Origin: Macrostomum lignano
Taxonomy: Eukaryota
Direction of reading: 5' to 3'
Assembly (NCBI GenBank): GCA_002269645.1
Contig: NIVC01000180.1
Span: 496,001 to 560,000, forward strand
Length of the DNA stretch: 64,000 nt
Below are positions 35,129-47,537 of the stretch, piece by piece. Position 1 is the first letter of the stretch. Each line of letters begins with the position of its first letter. The position numbers and the translations under genes are program-made. The notes below the pieces were generated by a model. It made no database searches. It was not told where the DNA came from and saw only the letters and a program-made list of their open reading frames with translations.

Positions 35129-37954
35129 CTGTTCATGAAAATATGATTATTTATAATTGCATAAAAAATATATAGTAAGCAGTTAAATTTATACATTTGA
35201 AAGACTTTTTGCAACAAAAAGGTAAAAAATTGGCTTTGGAAAATACTAACTTTATAATCAAAGATTATTATTGCAAGTAAATAAGGAAAATTTCACAACT
35301 AATATGTCTAGATTATAGTCAAAATTGATACTATTCAAATTTTATCATTTACCTGGGTCACTATATACAAGGCAAAATTATTTGATATTAGTGAAAAAAA
35401 CATTGTGGCAACTTTGCATGACAAAAGTAATAAGCACACATGATTGTTCATTATTTTTTGCTTAAGCATAAAACTAATTTGTAAGTATATATTCATTGGG
35501 TTCATAGTCCTTTTGTCACAGGCCTATACCATTTCATTTCATTACAATTTCATTATTACATTGCAGCAAAAAATGGTAGCTACCTTTTATCTTGACCAGG
35601 GCTATCCAGTATCCAGTCAGACCGCCAGCTTTATACTAAAGGACAAATAACAAAGTTGAGGTTTGAGGGCCAAGCTAGCAGCCTTACCCTGCCCAGATAA
35701 CCCTTCCCCACTCAAACCATGCATTGCTCTATATTTTGTCAACTAACTTGCTTGCTTGATTAAAACCTATTTTATTGAGTTCCCTGACTATCAGAATCAT
35801 GCCAGACAACACCATACTGTGCTACATGTAAAAAGAAAAAGTGCTAGATCAAGGTCAGTGTAGAGTTTAGTCATCATATCAAGCAAGCAACAAGATGTAT
35901 CATGTTACATCTAATTAATTTGCTATATCATCCGAAACTATACAACCAGTCTTAGATTTTAGCAAATAGTTCATAGTAACAAGCAATATTTCCTCATAGG
36001 TAATAGGCACTATACTGTCACAAAAAGATAATATAGGTAATGAGTGGCCCATAGCTTTTATTAATAAATAGCTACAAGATGCTATAAGATGCTACATATG
36101 CTATCACCTACCTAGAACTTCTAGCAATATATAACACTTAGAACATTGGACCAATTCTTATACTTGGCACAAATACCTACTTTATTGAGTAGATCATATT
36201 CTATTTAGAGGATTGCTCATATGGAGAATCTTCCACAGCAACTAGACACTTAGAACTTTACCTTTAGCTATTTCAGATGCAAATCAAATATATCCCTAGC
36301 AAATCTATTTAACATGCACTAGATGCACTTTTGTGACTATATAAAGAACAGAGGTAGACCATTAGCTATGTCTAAAAAAAGCATCCAATATAATATATAT
36401 AGGCATTAAAAGATGCACAAAATGGGGACCTATTCTGCTAGTATATTTGAGCCATATAGAATGCCTAGGCTAACCAAGAAGAAAAGGCTTAGACATAAGA
36501 TAAAGTAGCCTACAAGTGCTATACTCAAAGGCATATGGTAAACTATGAGGAAATCCAAGGTATCATTTACAAGACAACAAAGCAAACATAGTAGAGAGTA
36601 GGCCTATTATCATTCAAATACTAAGACATTATCTATATGCTACTTATTATATGCACTACCTTTGGCTATACACTAGTTTAGGCGACATGACATATATGCC
36701 GGGATTTCCTAGTATACAACAAGGGTCTTACCATTTTTCAGCATGTACTAGGGTATAACCTGGCATATATGACACAGTAGATATATTAGGCCTATGTCAA
36801 ATGACAATTTTTTGTATTGGTACACAAACCTAGCATACAAACAAGGTCTTGTAATTCTTTCTAACATTAAACCCAGTGTAGGCCTTATACTAATACACAA
36901 TCTAAACTATGGTATACACTCACACAAGGTCATATATAGTCAAACACAATAGTGCTACCTCAGTGATAGAAAAATAGAATATAATATAATATATTTAATC
37001 ATTTGAATTAAATAAAAAATATAAATATGATTTTATTAAGACATTACTCATTAGGCCTAGGCCTTCCTAATCACAAAATTCGATTTTTTTATTATGATTG
37101 TGATCATGACATGAGTCATGACCAAGCCCTAGGGCCTAGATAGATATTAGGGGCCTAGCACCTAAGCACCCCTTTTGAGTTTAAGCCTTGTCTTTGGCCT
37201 TTTGGTTTAGGCTCAGCATCCTAGAAATTAGAATTCTAAATGGGTTGATATACACAATGATAGTATCTCAGCAATACAGCATCCATTACTTAAGCTAAGC
37301 CATGGCCTAGGGGCTAGGACCTAACCCTAACCCTCCCGTCCCGTCCCAACTCTCCCTTGCCTTACTTGACCTAGCAAGGCTCCGGCTAGGCAAGGCTTAG
37401 TAGTAGTAGTAAGTAAGTTGGCTCAGGCAAGAAGCCTGTTTGGCCAATATATTTCTGTGTATTTAAGATTACTTCAGGAATAGGAGACAATATTTTAGCA
37501 CTAGTTATTTAATTACGATTAGTACGAGTTTTGCAATTATGGCTTAGGTCTAGCTAATTCAAAAACTGAATTAACTGCGTAATGTTTAAAAATCAAGTGA
37601 AAACGAACGAAAAAATAACTTATAACTTATAAGTTATGAGTATACCTAAATTATTTTAATCGTTGTCATCATAGCACGGGAATACACACTCAGAGACATT
37701 AAAAGTTAATTCGAACCTACGAAGTACAAAAAAAGCTTGATTACTTTGTTTTACTATGAAAGCAAATCCTAATAATTTTTGCGCCTACAAAAGGGTGAAA
37801 AATTTTAAATATTGCTACAAGGTGTTGAGATTCTTAAAAAAAACAGCGGAAAGTCTCTGAATAGATACTTCAGCACTGACAAATACAAACTACAAATACC
37901 GGCACGTCTCATCAAGCACTGATTAATACTAAAACGGCTGCTTGACGGTCAGCT

Positions 37955-39151
37955 ATGCGAGCTCTCTGCAATCGGAGAAGTCTCATCTGCTCACAAAGAG
38001 ACAGAGGAGGCACATGTTTCCGCCTGTCAATCAAACTCCCATTTCTGAGTGGCTTGTGCGTCGGAGCTGTGGTCACTTTCGCGCTGTTTAGTCTGTACAA
38101 CAGACAACATGTACATGTAAACACAATTTATTCAAGTTCTTCAACTGCTAAAATCGGGCTTCCGAAAAAGCGGCAGCGCTACGAATTTTATGAGAATTAC
38201 AAGGAATTGTTCCGCAGCATGGATGAGTCTATGTACCGCTTCGACAGCCAGGGCGTGCTGCTGCCGCTCATGCGGCTCTCCAAGGACGAGGAGAACTGGG
38301 CGTACCGAGCAGCAGCTGGCAGGGCTTGGATCCGCAGCCAGTCGGTGGTGGTAGCAGCCACGGTGCGCAACGGCATGGCCGGCCTACCGAGCACCATGCG
38401 TTACGTTCAGCGCCTCAGAGCTCTGTTCAATGAGTCCTGGGTGGTGATAGTGGAAAACGAATCGACAGACTTGACCCGCAGCTTCTTGTACAACATGACG
38501 CTGACTGATTCCAACATGTCGCTGCTGGGCTGCGGCCGGATCAACTCCCCGCTGCCGTGCAAGTCCAACTACCGATACAGCACCAAGCGCGAGCACCGGC
38601 CCGGTCCGTATCACTACCGCAGCTTCGCGGAGGAGGTCGAGCGCGGCTTGATGATGTCCGCCCTGCGCAACATGTACATGGACTACATCTACGATCACCT
38701 GGCCGATCGAGCAACGTTTCTGTTGATAATGGATCCGGACATCAGCTGGAAAGAGTGGGATCTGGACAGCATCACCCAGGGACTTTACTACTTTGCGGCC
38801 AAGCCTAAGCTGCAGCAGCTGTGCGCGCATTCCACCTTCAACACCCACCTGTACGACCCGTGCACGCTGAGCTTCTACTTGAACAAACGCTTCGGCGAGG
38901 ACAAAAAGTACCCAGTGGTCAGCTACGAGAAGTCGGTTCGGTTCGCGCCGCGCAGCCTGCCGCCGGTGAAGGTGGAGAGCTGCTTCCAGGCCGTGTCGTT
39001 CTACCGGATGTCGGCTCTGGCGCCCCGCAGGCTGCGCTATCGACGCAGTCCTGGCGAGTGGATATGCGAGCACAACACGCTCTCCAGGCAGCTGGACGAG
39101 GTGTACATCGACCCGCAGATGCGGCTGAATGTCAGCTCGGAAAATTCTTGA
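37955..39151 (+). CDS. Intronless type II membrane glycosyltransferase-like protein (GT-A fold; resembles CAP59/GT69-like and GT2-related proteins), 398 aa
   Basis: N-terminal signal anchor FLSGLCVGAVVTFALFSLY. Motifs: VAATVRN, VIVENESTDLT, SALRN, DxD (IMDPD), VKVESCF, CEH...VYIDP. Confidence 0.8.
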   Translation: MRALCNRRSLICSQRDRGGTCFRLSIKLPFLSGLCVGAVVTFALFSLYNRQHVHVNTIYSSSSTAKIGLPKKRQRYEFYENYKELFRSMDESMYRFDSQGVLLPLMRLSKDEENWAYRAAAGRAWIRSQSVVVAATVRNGMAGLPSTMRYVQRLRALFNESWVVIVENESTDLTRSFLYNMTLTDSNMSLLGCGRINSPLPCKSNYRYSTKREHRPGPYHYRSFAEEVERGLMMSALRNMYMDYIYDHLADRATFLLIMDPDISWKEWDLDSITQGLYYFAAKPKLQQLCAHSTFNTHLYDPCTLSFYLNKRFGEDKKYPVVSYEKSVRFAPRSLPPVKVESCFQAVSFYRMSALAPRRLRYRRSPGEWICEHNTLSRQLDEVYIDPQMRLNVSSENS

Positions 39152-41792
39152 GAAGAGTGCTGATGTACTTCGCATTGCTAGATTTTTAAGCCATTTAATT
39201 CTTTGCCGTTAAAATGGTTGATTCGAATTTTCTTGCCAATAGAAAAATCAAAGTCAAATTGCCCTTTGTACAAATTTACGACTTTGACTTATTCATGTCC
39301 TCTTCTTGGCGATTGTAAAATTAAACTTGCGAATATTGGAAAACGAAAGTCGCTTCAATCGCAGCGCAGAAGTTCATCGCATCATATGGCATACAAAAAG
39401 TGCGTTCACCAGCTTAATATTTTATACTCAGCTCAGCAACAGCTTCACCCCTCTTATTTAACGGCTCATATTTATCAAAATACTATTCAGACTGTTCATC
39501 CCTATTTTATAATTGATTTAAACAATATTTGACTCGAGCAGCTGCTATGCTGGTATTGTGCAGAGGCCCTTAGCGAGGATCATGCCGATGGCATTGGGCG
39601 AACTTTCTGTGTCGCTTGAAAGTCGAACTAAAAGAGGGGCTTTTCAAGTTTAGCTCGTAGATCCTTTGAAATCACCATTTACCTAAATGCGCCATTTACC
39701 TAAGTAAACTTAACATGGTCATGAAATAATGCAGTGTAGTGAGTCAAAAAACTGCATTATATTAGTATAGTCTGGTTTTTATGTTTTTTTGTTATTTATA
39801 GGTTTACCATTATACAAATAGTGCTTTGCACACAAAGACGCAGACTGCGCAGGAAGTCTGGCTGCGAATAAAAGAAATTTCTTTCGGAGTGCTCAGCGCA
39901 TACACGCGCTTGGGTGCAACAATGGGCTCTCGTCTCACTTCGGTTTTATTGAACATCCTCGCTGCAACAATGGGCTCGCGCAGAGAGAGGAAGTTTGCAC
40001 CTGCAGTGACTCTGCAGCCTACCCGATTCCCTGACTCGAGCATATCACTGTGTGCACTCTGATGGAACAGAAAACCGGTTCAGTCAGACAATAAATACAC
40101 AGGCAGTGGCGGCGCAGACTGGGGGGGGGGTGCCGCAACTTTACACAGGCACAGCCACACTCGACTCCTTTTTTGAGCTGAATTCTGGCTAACTACATAA
40201 AACACTCGCAAGCAACTATCCAGAGTTGCATGCTACATTGACTGCTTACGAATTTGCACAGTTAGTTGTGGGAAACGAGTGAATTCTCAGTACTGGCACC
40301 GCCATAACACTCTTGACTTCTAAATCCTTAGGAGCGTCTCAACTCGCAGAATTTCCCCTGTGCTATAGAATAATCAAACTAGGAGAGCTAGGAGATCAGT
40401 TTGCAGGAGGGGGGGAGCGTTGAGCATGGTCGCCGCATATCGAGACGACAGTCGACCCGCTGCCAGCGAGGAGTCAGACAGTCACGCACACTTCGAACGA
40501 ACAGCCCCGTATATAGGCTTATGGCGTAGTCAAGACGAATTTATTTGGACTAGAAATTGATGAGTAAAAAATTAACGGTTCAACAAGAATTAAGGTGACA
40601 AAGAGACAAAGAGAGACTACAGACCACAAAGATAAACGAGTTGGCTGCCGCACAAACAGACGAAGAACCGGAGCGGGAGCACACAAAGTGCACAAAGCGT
40701 ACAGAGCGCGCAAACGGGGACTGCTGCATGCAGTCTGGGAGTAAATCCTAAGGGGTGGCTGCTCCTGCAGCTGCCGCTGCTGCTGGATACTCACAGTTGA
40801 ACACAGTACCAGGGTGTTGTACAGAATTATAACGGTAGAATCCTTATTCTCACATGCCGTTTCTCGGAAAGTGTACAACTTTTATAGATTGGCGCCAATT
40901 CGTGCTGTTTGTGTGCTGGTTGTTTTGCGGGTAGGTGGGTTCGTATTCAGGCCCCCAACTGTGTGACTGCTATTGCTTCAAGGCTTCTCAATTCAAGGGG
41001 AGGATTAGTGCCTGCTGTTTTTCCTGCCTGCCTGCCTGCCTGCTGTAGAGCTGAGCAAAACTCAGCGGTTTAAAATGTTAAAAAGTGGTGTCTAAGTCCT
41101 GGAGGCCAACATGGATGACTGTCATAAAAAACTGGGTTAAAAAAATCATTATTTTAAGTACAATTTATCCAGAGTTACTGTATATGAGCATTTGAAATTT
41201 TATCAGGCCTTTGAATAGTTTTGCTATATCTACGAGTGTTGGGTCCTGATACAGCGGCAACTTCTAGTGGTCCTTGACTTTTATATTGGCTTCGTCACTC
41301 AAACAAGAATTAAATTTTAGGATTGATTTAGTATAATAAGATTAAGGGTCTCCAGTAAAAACTGCACCGGCTCTTTCGCCCTCTGTCTTTCTACTTAGGC
41401 CTGAAAGTGAACCCTAACGGATAAGGGAGATATTTGAGCAATTGTTGGAATAATTTTGAATGACTTGCGGACTCAGATTAAGTGAGATAGTTCAACTTGC
41501 AAAATGACGACCTATCGATTGAATCGCTGAAGATGATGAAGTGCGCGAGTCGGGGGCAGGAAGAGGAGCCGAGACTGGAGAACACATCGGTTCAAACAGA
41601 AGCTGCAAAGTCCCGCGTCAAGTCAGATGATCAGCAGATGCAGGACACGGTCGATTAACAGAATGTAGCAGGCGATCAGAACATTGCTAGCTAAAGGTGG
41701 CTCTTATTTAAAGAACCGCACTTGTATATGGACTACCGGTAGTAGCCATCAGCGTTTTTTTACCTCTTTCTGTCTGACTTTCTATTTGATAT

Positions 41793-42173
41793 GGGTTGCT
41801 TTCACAAACGCGAAATTTAACAACCGCTAAATCACCTACTTTCACAACCGCGAAACTTCACAAACGCGAAACTTCACAACCGCTAAAAAAATTGCAGTCA
41901 CTTTCATAAGCGCTAAACTTCACAAACGCGAAACTTCACAACCGCTAAATGTCATCTACTTTCACAACCGCGAAACTTCATAACCGCGAAACTTCACAAC
42001 CGTTAAAAAGACTGTTGTATATGAAAGTAAGTGCAAAAATTTTAAATAAAGTGCAAAAATCAAAAAACGTGAAGTTTCGCGGTTGTGAAGTTTCGCGGTT
42101 GTGAAGTTTCGCGTTTGGGAAAGTGACTGGAAAATTTAGCGGTTGTGAAGTTTCGCGTTTGTGAAACCCACTC
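41793..42173. mobile_element. MITE with long subterminal inverted repeats (MULE-like), about 380 bp
   Basis: 8-bp TSD TTTGATAT (41785-92, 42174-81). Imperfect termini GGGTTGCTTTCAC / GTGAAACCCACTC. Repeated CGCGAAACTTCACAA units are direct on the left and inverted on the right. Confidence 0.75.
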
Positions 42174-42879
42174 TTTGATATTATTACGAAATATTATTAG
42201 ACAAGGTGGTAGTACATGTACATGTACTGCTCATTATGTTTTCTTGTTCACCCTGTGCTTTCTTTCGGATTCCACTTTTAGGGCTTGTAAATAATTTTCT
42301 TGAGCCATTTTGAAATATAAATTTACTCGTGCATTATATGGTACGTGCCCTGAAGAAGTAGTGTCACGAAACGTGCTTGGCTATAAAAATAGATGCCTGT
42401 GTTGACATTTGCCATGTTTGCCTGTTCAAACGAAGAGCCATGCAATTTCCACAGTTTCACCTGGTTGGGTACCTGTATGCACATGTACGAGTCTCGTATG
42501 CAACTGTATAAGCTGTCAGGCGTCGCCCTGAATTTTACATAAACATATGTATGGGGACGAAGACGAAACGGAAAGGAAATATTTTCGGAATCTGTGTTGT
42601 TATTTTTGAATTTGGTACCCCAGGGCCCCTTATCAATTATGTACATCTACATTCTCGTAGAAGCTGTCCAACTACATACATACTGACATGATGTACGTAC
42701 AAAATATAGTATGCATGCTTTTTCTCCATCATGGCGATCAACGTCAACCGCGACACGATATAAGCTGCTGTGTTAACACCGGACGGCCTATCGGACTTTC
42801 CTCGTGATATGCTCTGGAGCGCTATGGTGAGGTACACGAGCGCCGTATCTGTTTCTCTTGACTTATTATATTTGTACCG

Positions 42880-45800
42880 CGGTGAAGACAAATGCCGCCA
42901 CCTCCCCGTGGTGTAGTTGGAGAGCCGCGCTTAACTGCTGAGGCGGCCAACAGCGGCAGAACCAAGCGAGGGCAGGGAAGCGAGCGAGGAAGCGAGTTGA
43001 ACGTCGGCGTGAGCAAAACCGGCGAGGTCGGCAATGAGGTTCCGCCCGTCGAGCTACTGCCATCCTTGGCTAATCAGATCTTCCGGGTGGAGACCGTGAG
43101 TCTCATTGTCATCGAGTTGTATGCCAGGGCACGCTTCGGGTCGGGGGACGCTGAACTGCCGCACTCTCAAGGCAAGGGTGAGAGGAATGCGCAGCTAGCG
43201 CTCGACCTCAGATGCGATGTCATCTCGCTGCAAGAGGCGTCCATCAGGGCCGACCTGGGAATTCATTGTGAGGACCTGGGCGCCAGTTGGACCCTCTGGT
43301 ACACGTCGGTGGACCAACGAGGCCATGGAGGAGTTAAAGCGCTGGTTGGAACGAGGCTGCAGCAGAGCTTCGCTGCATCTCCCTGTCTGACCGGCTGCTT
43401 CGGATCGACTTCTGGAACGCTCGGCTGATCTGCGCGTATGCGCCTCCTGCCACCCGACCTGACGAGGCTCAAGTCTTCTCTCGGCGTATGTGGAGGAGAC
43501 GCGCAGCGTGACACAGTGGTCCTCGGAGACCTGAACGCGGTTTTGTGTAGATCCGAGCGGTCGCTGTTTGTGACACCGCGCGAGAACGGCAAAACCGGAG
43601 CGCTGGAGGACTTCTTAGAGAAGCAGGATATGATTTTTGGCCAACACCTGCTTCCGCTAGCCACCCGGCATGCTCGCGACCTTCCTGGGCTGCAAGCGGT
43701 GGCGGAGGAATGCGCGCGGCCGGAACGGCCGGCCGAGGCAGGCACAGCTCGATCACGTGCTTGTGTCTCCGTAAGCGCCGCCGTACCGTAAACTGCCGCA
43801 CCATCACGCCGCTGGCTCTGCGGTCCGACCATCGGCTCTCGCCTGCGACCTGCTTGTACACGGTCCACTTTACCGTCCACAGAAGCGCCCACTGCGGCGC
43901 TACAAACGTGCTCTCTAGACGCATATTTACCATTTTGCTAGCCCCTTCTTCAGCGCGCTTGGCGACAGGTGCGGGCGCGCCGAGTACACGGAGGCAAGTG
44001 CCGCGGTTAGAGACGCGGCGAAGCAAACAGTTCCGCTGATGCAACCGGCCCAACATAGGCAGCCGGTCTGGCAGTACGACCCTGGGATTCTGCAAGCGAG
44101 GAAGCTGGAGAGGCTCCGTCTGAGCAGGCAGCCAACTCGCGAGGCGGAGGAGGCTCTGATGGCTGTCTACTTGCAGAGGCAACAGGCCGCTGTTGACGAC
44201 GCCATCCAGGCCGTCACGCCGCTGGACTCGACACTAAAGGGCGCGTGGCCTGCGCCGCCATCAACTCTCTGACCGAGCGGAAGCGGCGCATCCAGCTCAA
44301 CCTGGCTGGTGACACTCCGGATGAGAGCAGAAATGAGCTGCTCGAGTTCTTCGTCGCCATCGTCAACGCGCCGCCGCCCACGCTGCCAAACGATCTGAGG
44401 CTGCCGCGGGGGCGCCGTTGCCGGCAGAGGAGAGTTTCAATGTAGCACCAGCCAGCACAGCCGACGTTGTGATTGCTCGCCCTGAGGACTCTGGGCGGCA
44501 AAGCGCTGGGTCCGGACGCGGCGCTGCGACTCCACTGTGTGGCCAGCGAGGTCGCCAGTGTGATAAATCGCGTGCTCTTCGGTGATGCGGCAGCCAACGA
44601 ATGGACACGCGGCGCACATCGTCGCTATTCCGAAGAAGCCGGGTACCACACGGCTTGAAAAGCACCTAGGTATCTGCCTGCAGTCCTGCGCTGCGAAGCT
44701 ATATACAGTGGTCCTTGAGCTGTTCAACCGGATGCTGCTATCCCGGTTGCAGCCCGTGCTGGATCCGCATTTGCAACCTGAGCAGAACGGGTTCCGGCCC
44801 CATCGCGGCACAGTGGCGCAGATCCTGGCTCTTCGCCGAGTCATCGAGGAAGCGCAGACCCGTCAGTCGAGCCTGATTGCTCTCTTTATTGACTTCAGGA
44901 AGGCTTACGACTCGGTGGTGAGGGCCGAGTGGCGCTTCGTGCCAAATGGTGCTTCGTGCGTATAACGTGCCAGAGCAGCTGATTTCCGCCGTCATGGCGC
45001 TGTATCATGGCACGAACGCAGCTGTGCTAACACCGGACGGCCTGTCAAATTTCTTTAAGACACCCTCTGGGGTGCTTCAGGGAGATACGCTTGCACCGTT
45101 CCTGTTCGTTCTGGTGCTTAAATGGGTGCTGCGGTCTGCTCTCGCTTCTAACGACGACGGCTTCCTGCTGCAGCGACGCGTGGGTCGACGCCAACCGGAA
45201 AGGCGGCTCAGCGTGCTTGGCTAAGCCGACGATCTCGCCCTGCTGTCTTCGACCGTCGAAGGCGCCCAACGCCAGCTGGACCGGCTGGTAAGTGTTGCAG
45301 CGAGCGTTGGCCTGGTGGTCAACATGCAGAAGACCGTCGTGCTCTGCGTGCCGGACGACATCGAGGCTGCTATATTTTCTGCCGAGACGCTGACGGACAG
45401 GGGACGAGGCTTCCGCGCTGTCAGCAGTTCGGCGGTCTAGTGCCTGACGTTCGCCAGGATCTACGACGTCGCCGCGGAGGACTTTCCTGAGCTGCCTTTC
45501 GCTTCGTAAGGGCTGTCCTGCAGTCCGAGGCCCTGCCTGACCGCCAGAGCGGTTGTTCCAGGCGGTGATCGACACAGTCCTTTTGTACAACGTCGAGACC
45601 TGGACGCTGACGGATTTTGCTAGAACAGCAAGTCGATCGATGCGGCACACGCTGGCCTGATGCGCGCCGCCTTCAAGATCGGCTACAAGCGAGTCACCAA
45701 TGCGGCACTCTATCGCCTCACCGGCCTGTTCCGTCCCAGCGAACTGTTGCGCCGTCGGCGACTCCAGCTGCAGGTCATATTATCCGAGCCGGGTCGTTCT

Positions 45801-45965
45801 GTCCACAGTCGGTGAAGAAGGTACTGCTGCTGACGCTGCAGACACCCTACTGGCGGGCGCAGGCGCGCACTCGGCGTTCCATCGACATCGACTGTTTGCT
45901 GGCTGATGCCGGGGCTTCGGATACTGCCGGCGGTGCGGCCTACGTTCTTGTCCAGGCCTGAAACG
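42880..45965 (+). mobile_element. Degenerate non-LTR retrotransposon (APE endonuclease + reverse transcriptase; RTE/L2-like)
   Basis: APE motifs CDVISLQE, GHGGVKALV and VVLGDLNA. RT motifs IPKKP, EQNGFRP, LFIDFRKAYDSV and SGVLQGDTLAPFLF. The catalytic YADD reads TAA-GCC-GAC-GAT (about 45222). Several frameshifts. Ends approximate. Confidence 0.9.
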
Positions 45966-47537
45966 CACCTTGTGACATTGTCCCACGCTTGACTGGCTGA
46001 CAATGCCTTTTGTTGTTGTTGCTTTTTGCGTCTGTTGCGAACTGCATGCTCTTTCTTTCCACCGTCCGCCTGGCTCGACTTCAGTACTTTAGTTTGTTTA
46101 TTGGTGCCTACATGTAACTCTTCTGTGTATTCTGTGTAATTCATACGTTACATTATATATAGCAAGGACCACTGTATATAACAGGACGTAAAACTCATAG
46201 GTTTAAATTTTTCAGAGGTTGATTTCCTGGAAAAATACACTGTGGAGACAGGAAAAAATCATCACAAAATCAATGACTGCATTTGATCTATGGTAGTGAA
46301 GACCATAGATCAAATACAGTTTATATTTCTTTTTATTTAGAACGCACAACATGTTACTCTCTTATATTTTAATATAGCTGTGTAGTGAATGGTTAACAAC
46401 GATTAATGTTTTTAACTAATACGCTTTGGATCAGTTTTGAAACAGTTACATTGAATATTTGTTTAGTAAGTTAAAACAACAATATTTTGAGCTGCATAAA
46501 AATAATAAAGTAAAACATTTTTAATCTTGTTCAACCAATAGTTTAACGTTAAATCTAATAAAAGCATTGAGACAGTGCGTTCTGGGCCTTAACAGATTTC
46601 GTGACAAGTATAAACACAACCTTTTAAATAGAATGTGTGGTAAGCCGATTTTGAGTATTTTCCAAAGATTTTATAATTAATACTATTCGTCTTTTGCATA
46701 TTATGGCTAAACCATTTTTTCATAGGTTCGATAAAATTCAACCTCCAATACTTATACTTCCATCTTAAATGTTCGTTTCGATATCCATACCTTTAGTCAG
46801 TTTAGATTTCTTTCTAATTTTGCTTCTGTAAATCTGTAGCAGCATTGATAATAAATTAATATTCTATCAAACTTTTTATTTTATATTTTGTACTATGAAT
46901 AAAAAGCTATAGTATCAAATGCATAGTAATCTTAATGATGTTTCACTGTTTAGACTGTTAAAACATAGATTTATATCTTTTCAACTGGTTTGGTTCATTA
47001 AATTATAGTGATATAAGTAGCTAACAAACAAGTGTGTGATATGAATTAATATTTGATATTCAACTTTTTATATAGCTTTTTGTTTATTCACACTCATTTT
47101 TAAATTAATATCTTAAATATTATTGTATTTCAGGTTGTATTTGCTATAACGAATTGCTATAGAAGATAAAGCAGCTTTTATCTATTGCTAGGTTTTATAT
47201 ACTCTTAGTTATATGTCATTTTGGTAGAGACAAAGCAAGGCATTTTAGTATAGCTTTCTATATATAACACATTTAATTATCATAGTGCCTGGAACAAAAC
47301 CGGGTAGCTTTTATGTAAATTTGACTGGATTCTGTTTTGTTATTAGTGTTTTTTGTTTTTTGTTTTGAATTCTTTTTTAATTGTTCATGGCATTCAATTT
47401 TTGATGAATCCTAAAATTATAATATAATACAAATTTCAATACTGTTATCAGTAATGAAATGCTTTGCTACACTATGGGACTAATAGCACCAAAATTGAAT
47501 TCTTTCAGCTGACTTTCTATTAGCATTCAAATGAGCA

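Noticed and set aside
35570-35830. Candidate N-terminal WTAP exons
   Set aside because: Splice sites are present, but I could not build a phase-consistent model resembling the WTAP N-terminus.
39810-40878. Short ORFs, including one with a hydrophobic stretch (40519-40878)
   Set aside because: No recognisable domain or supporting splice structure.
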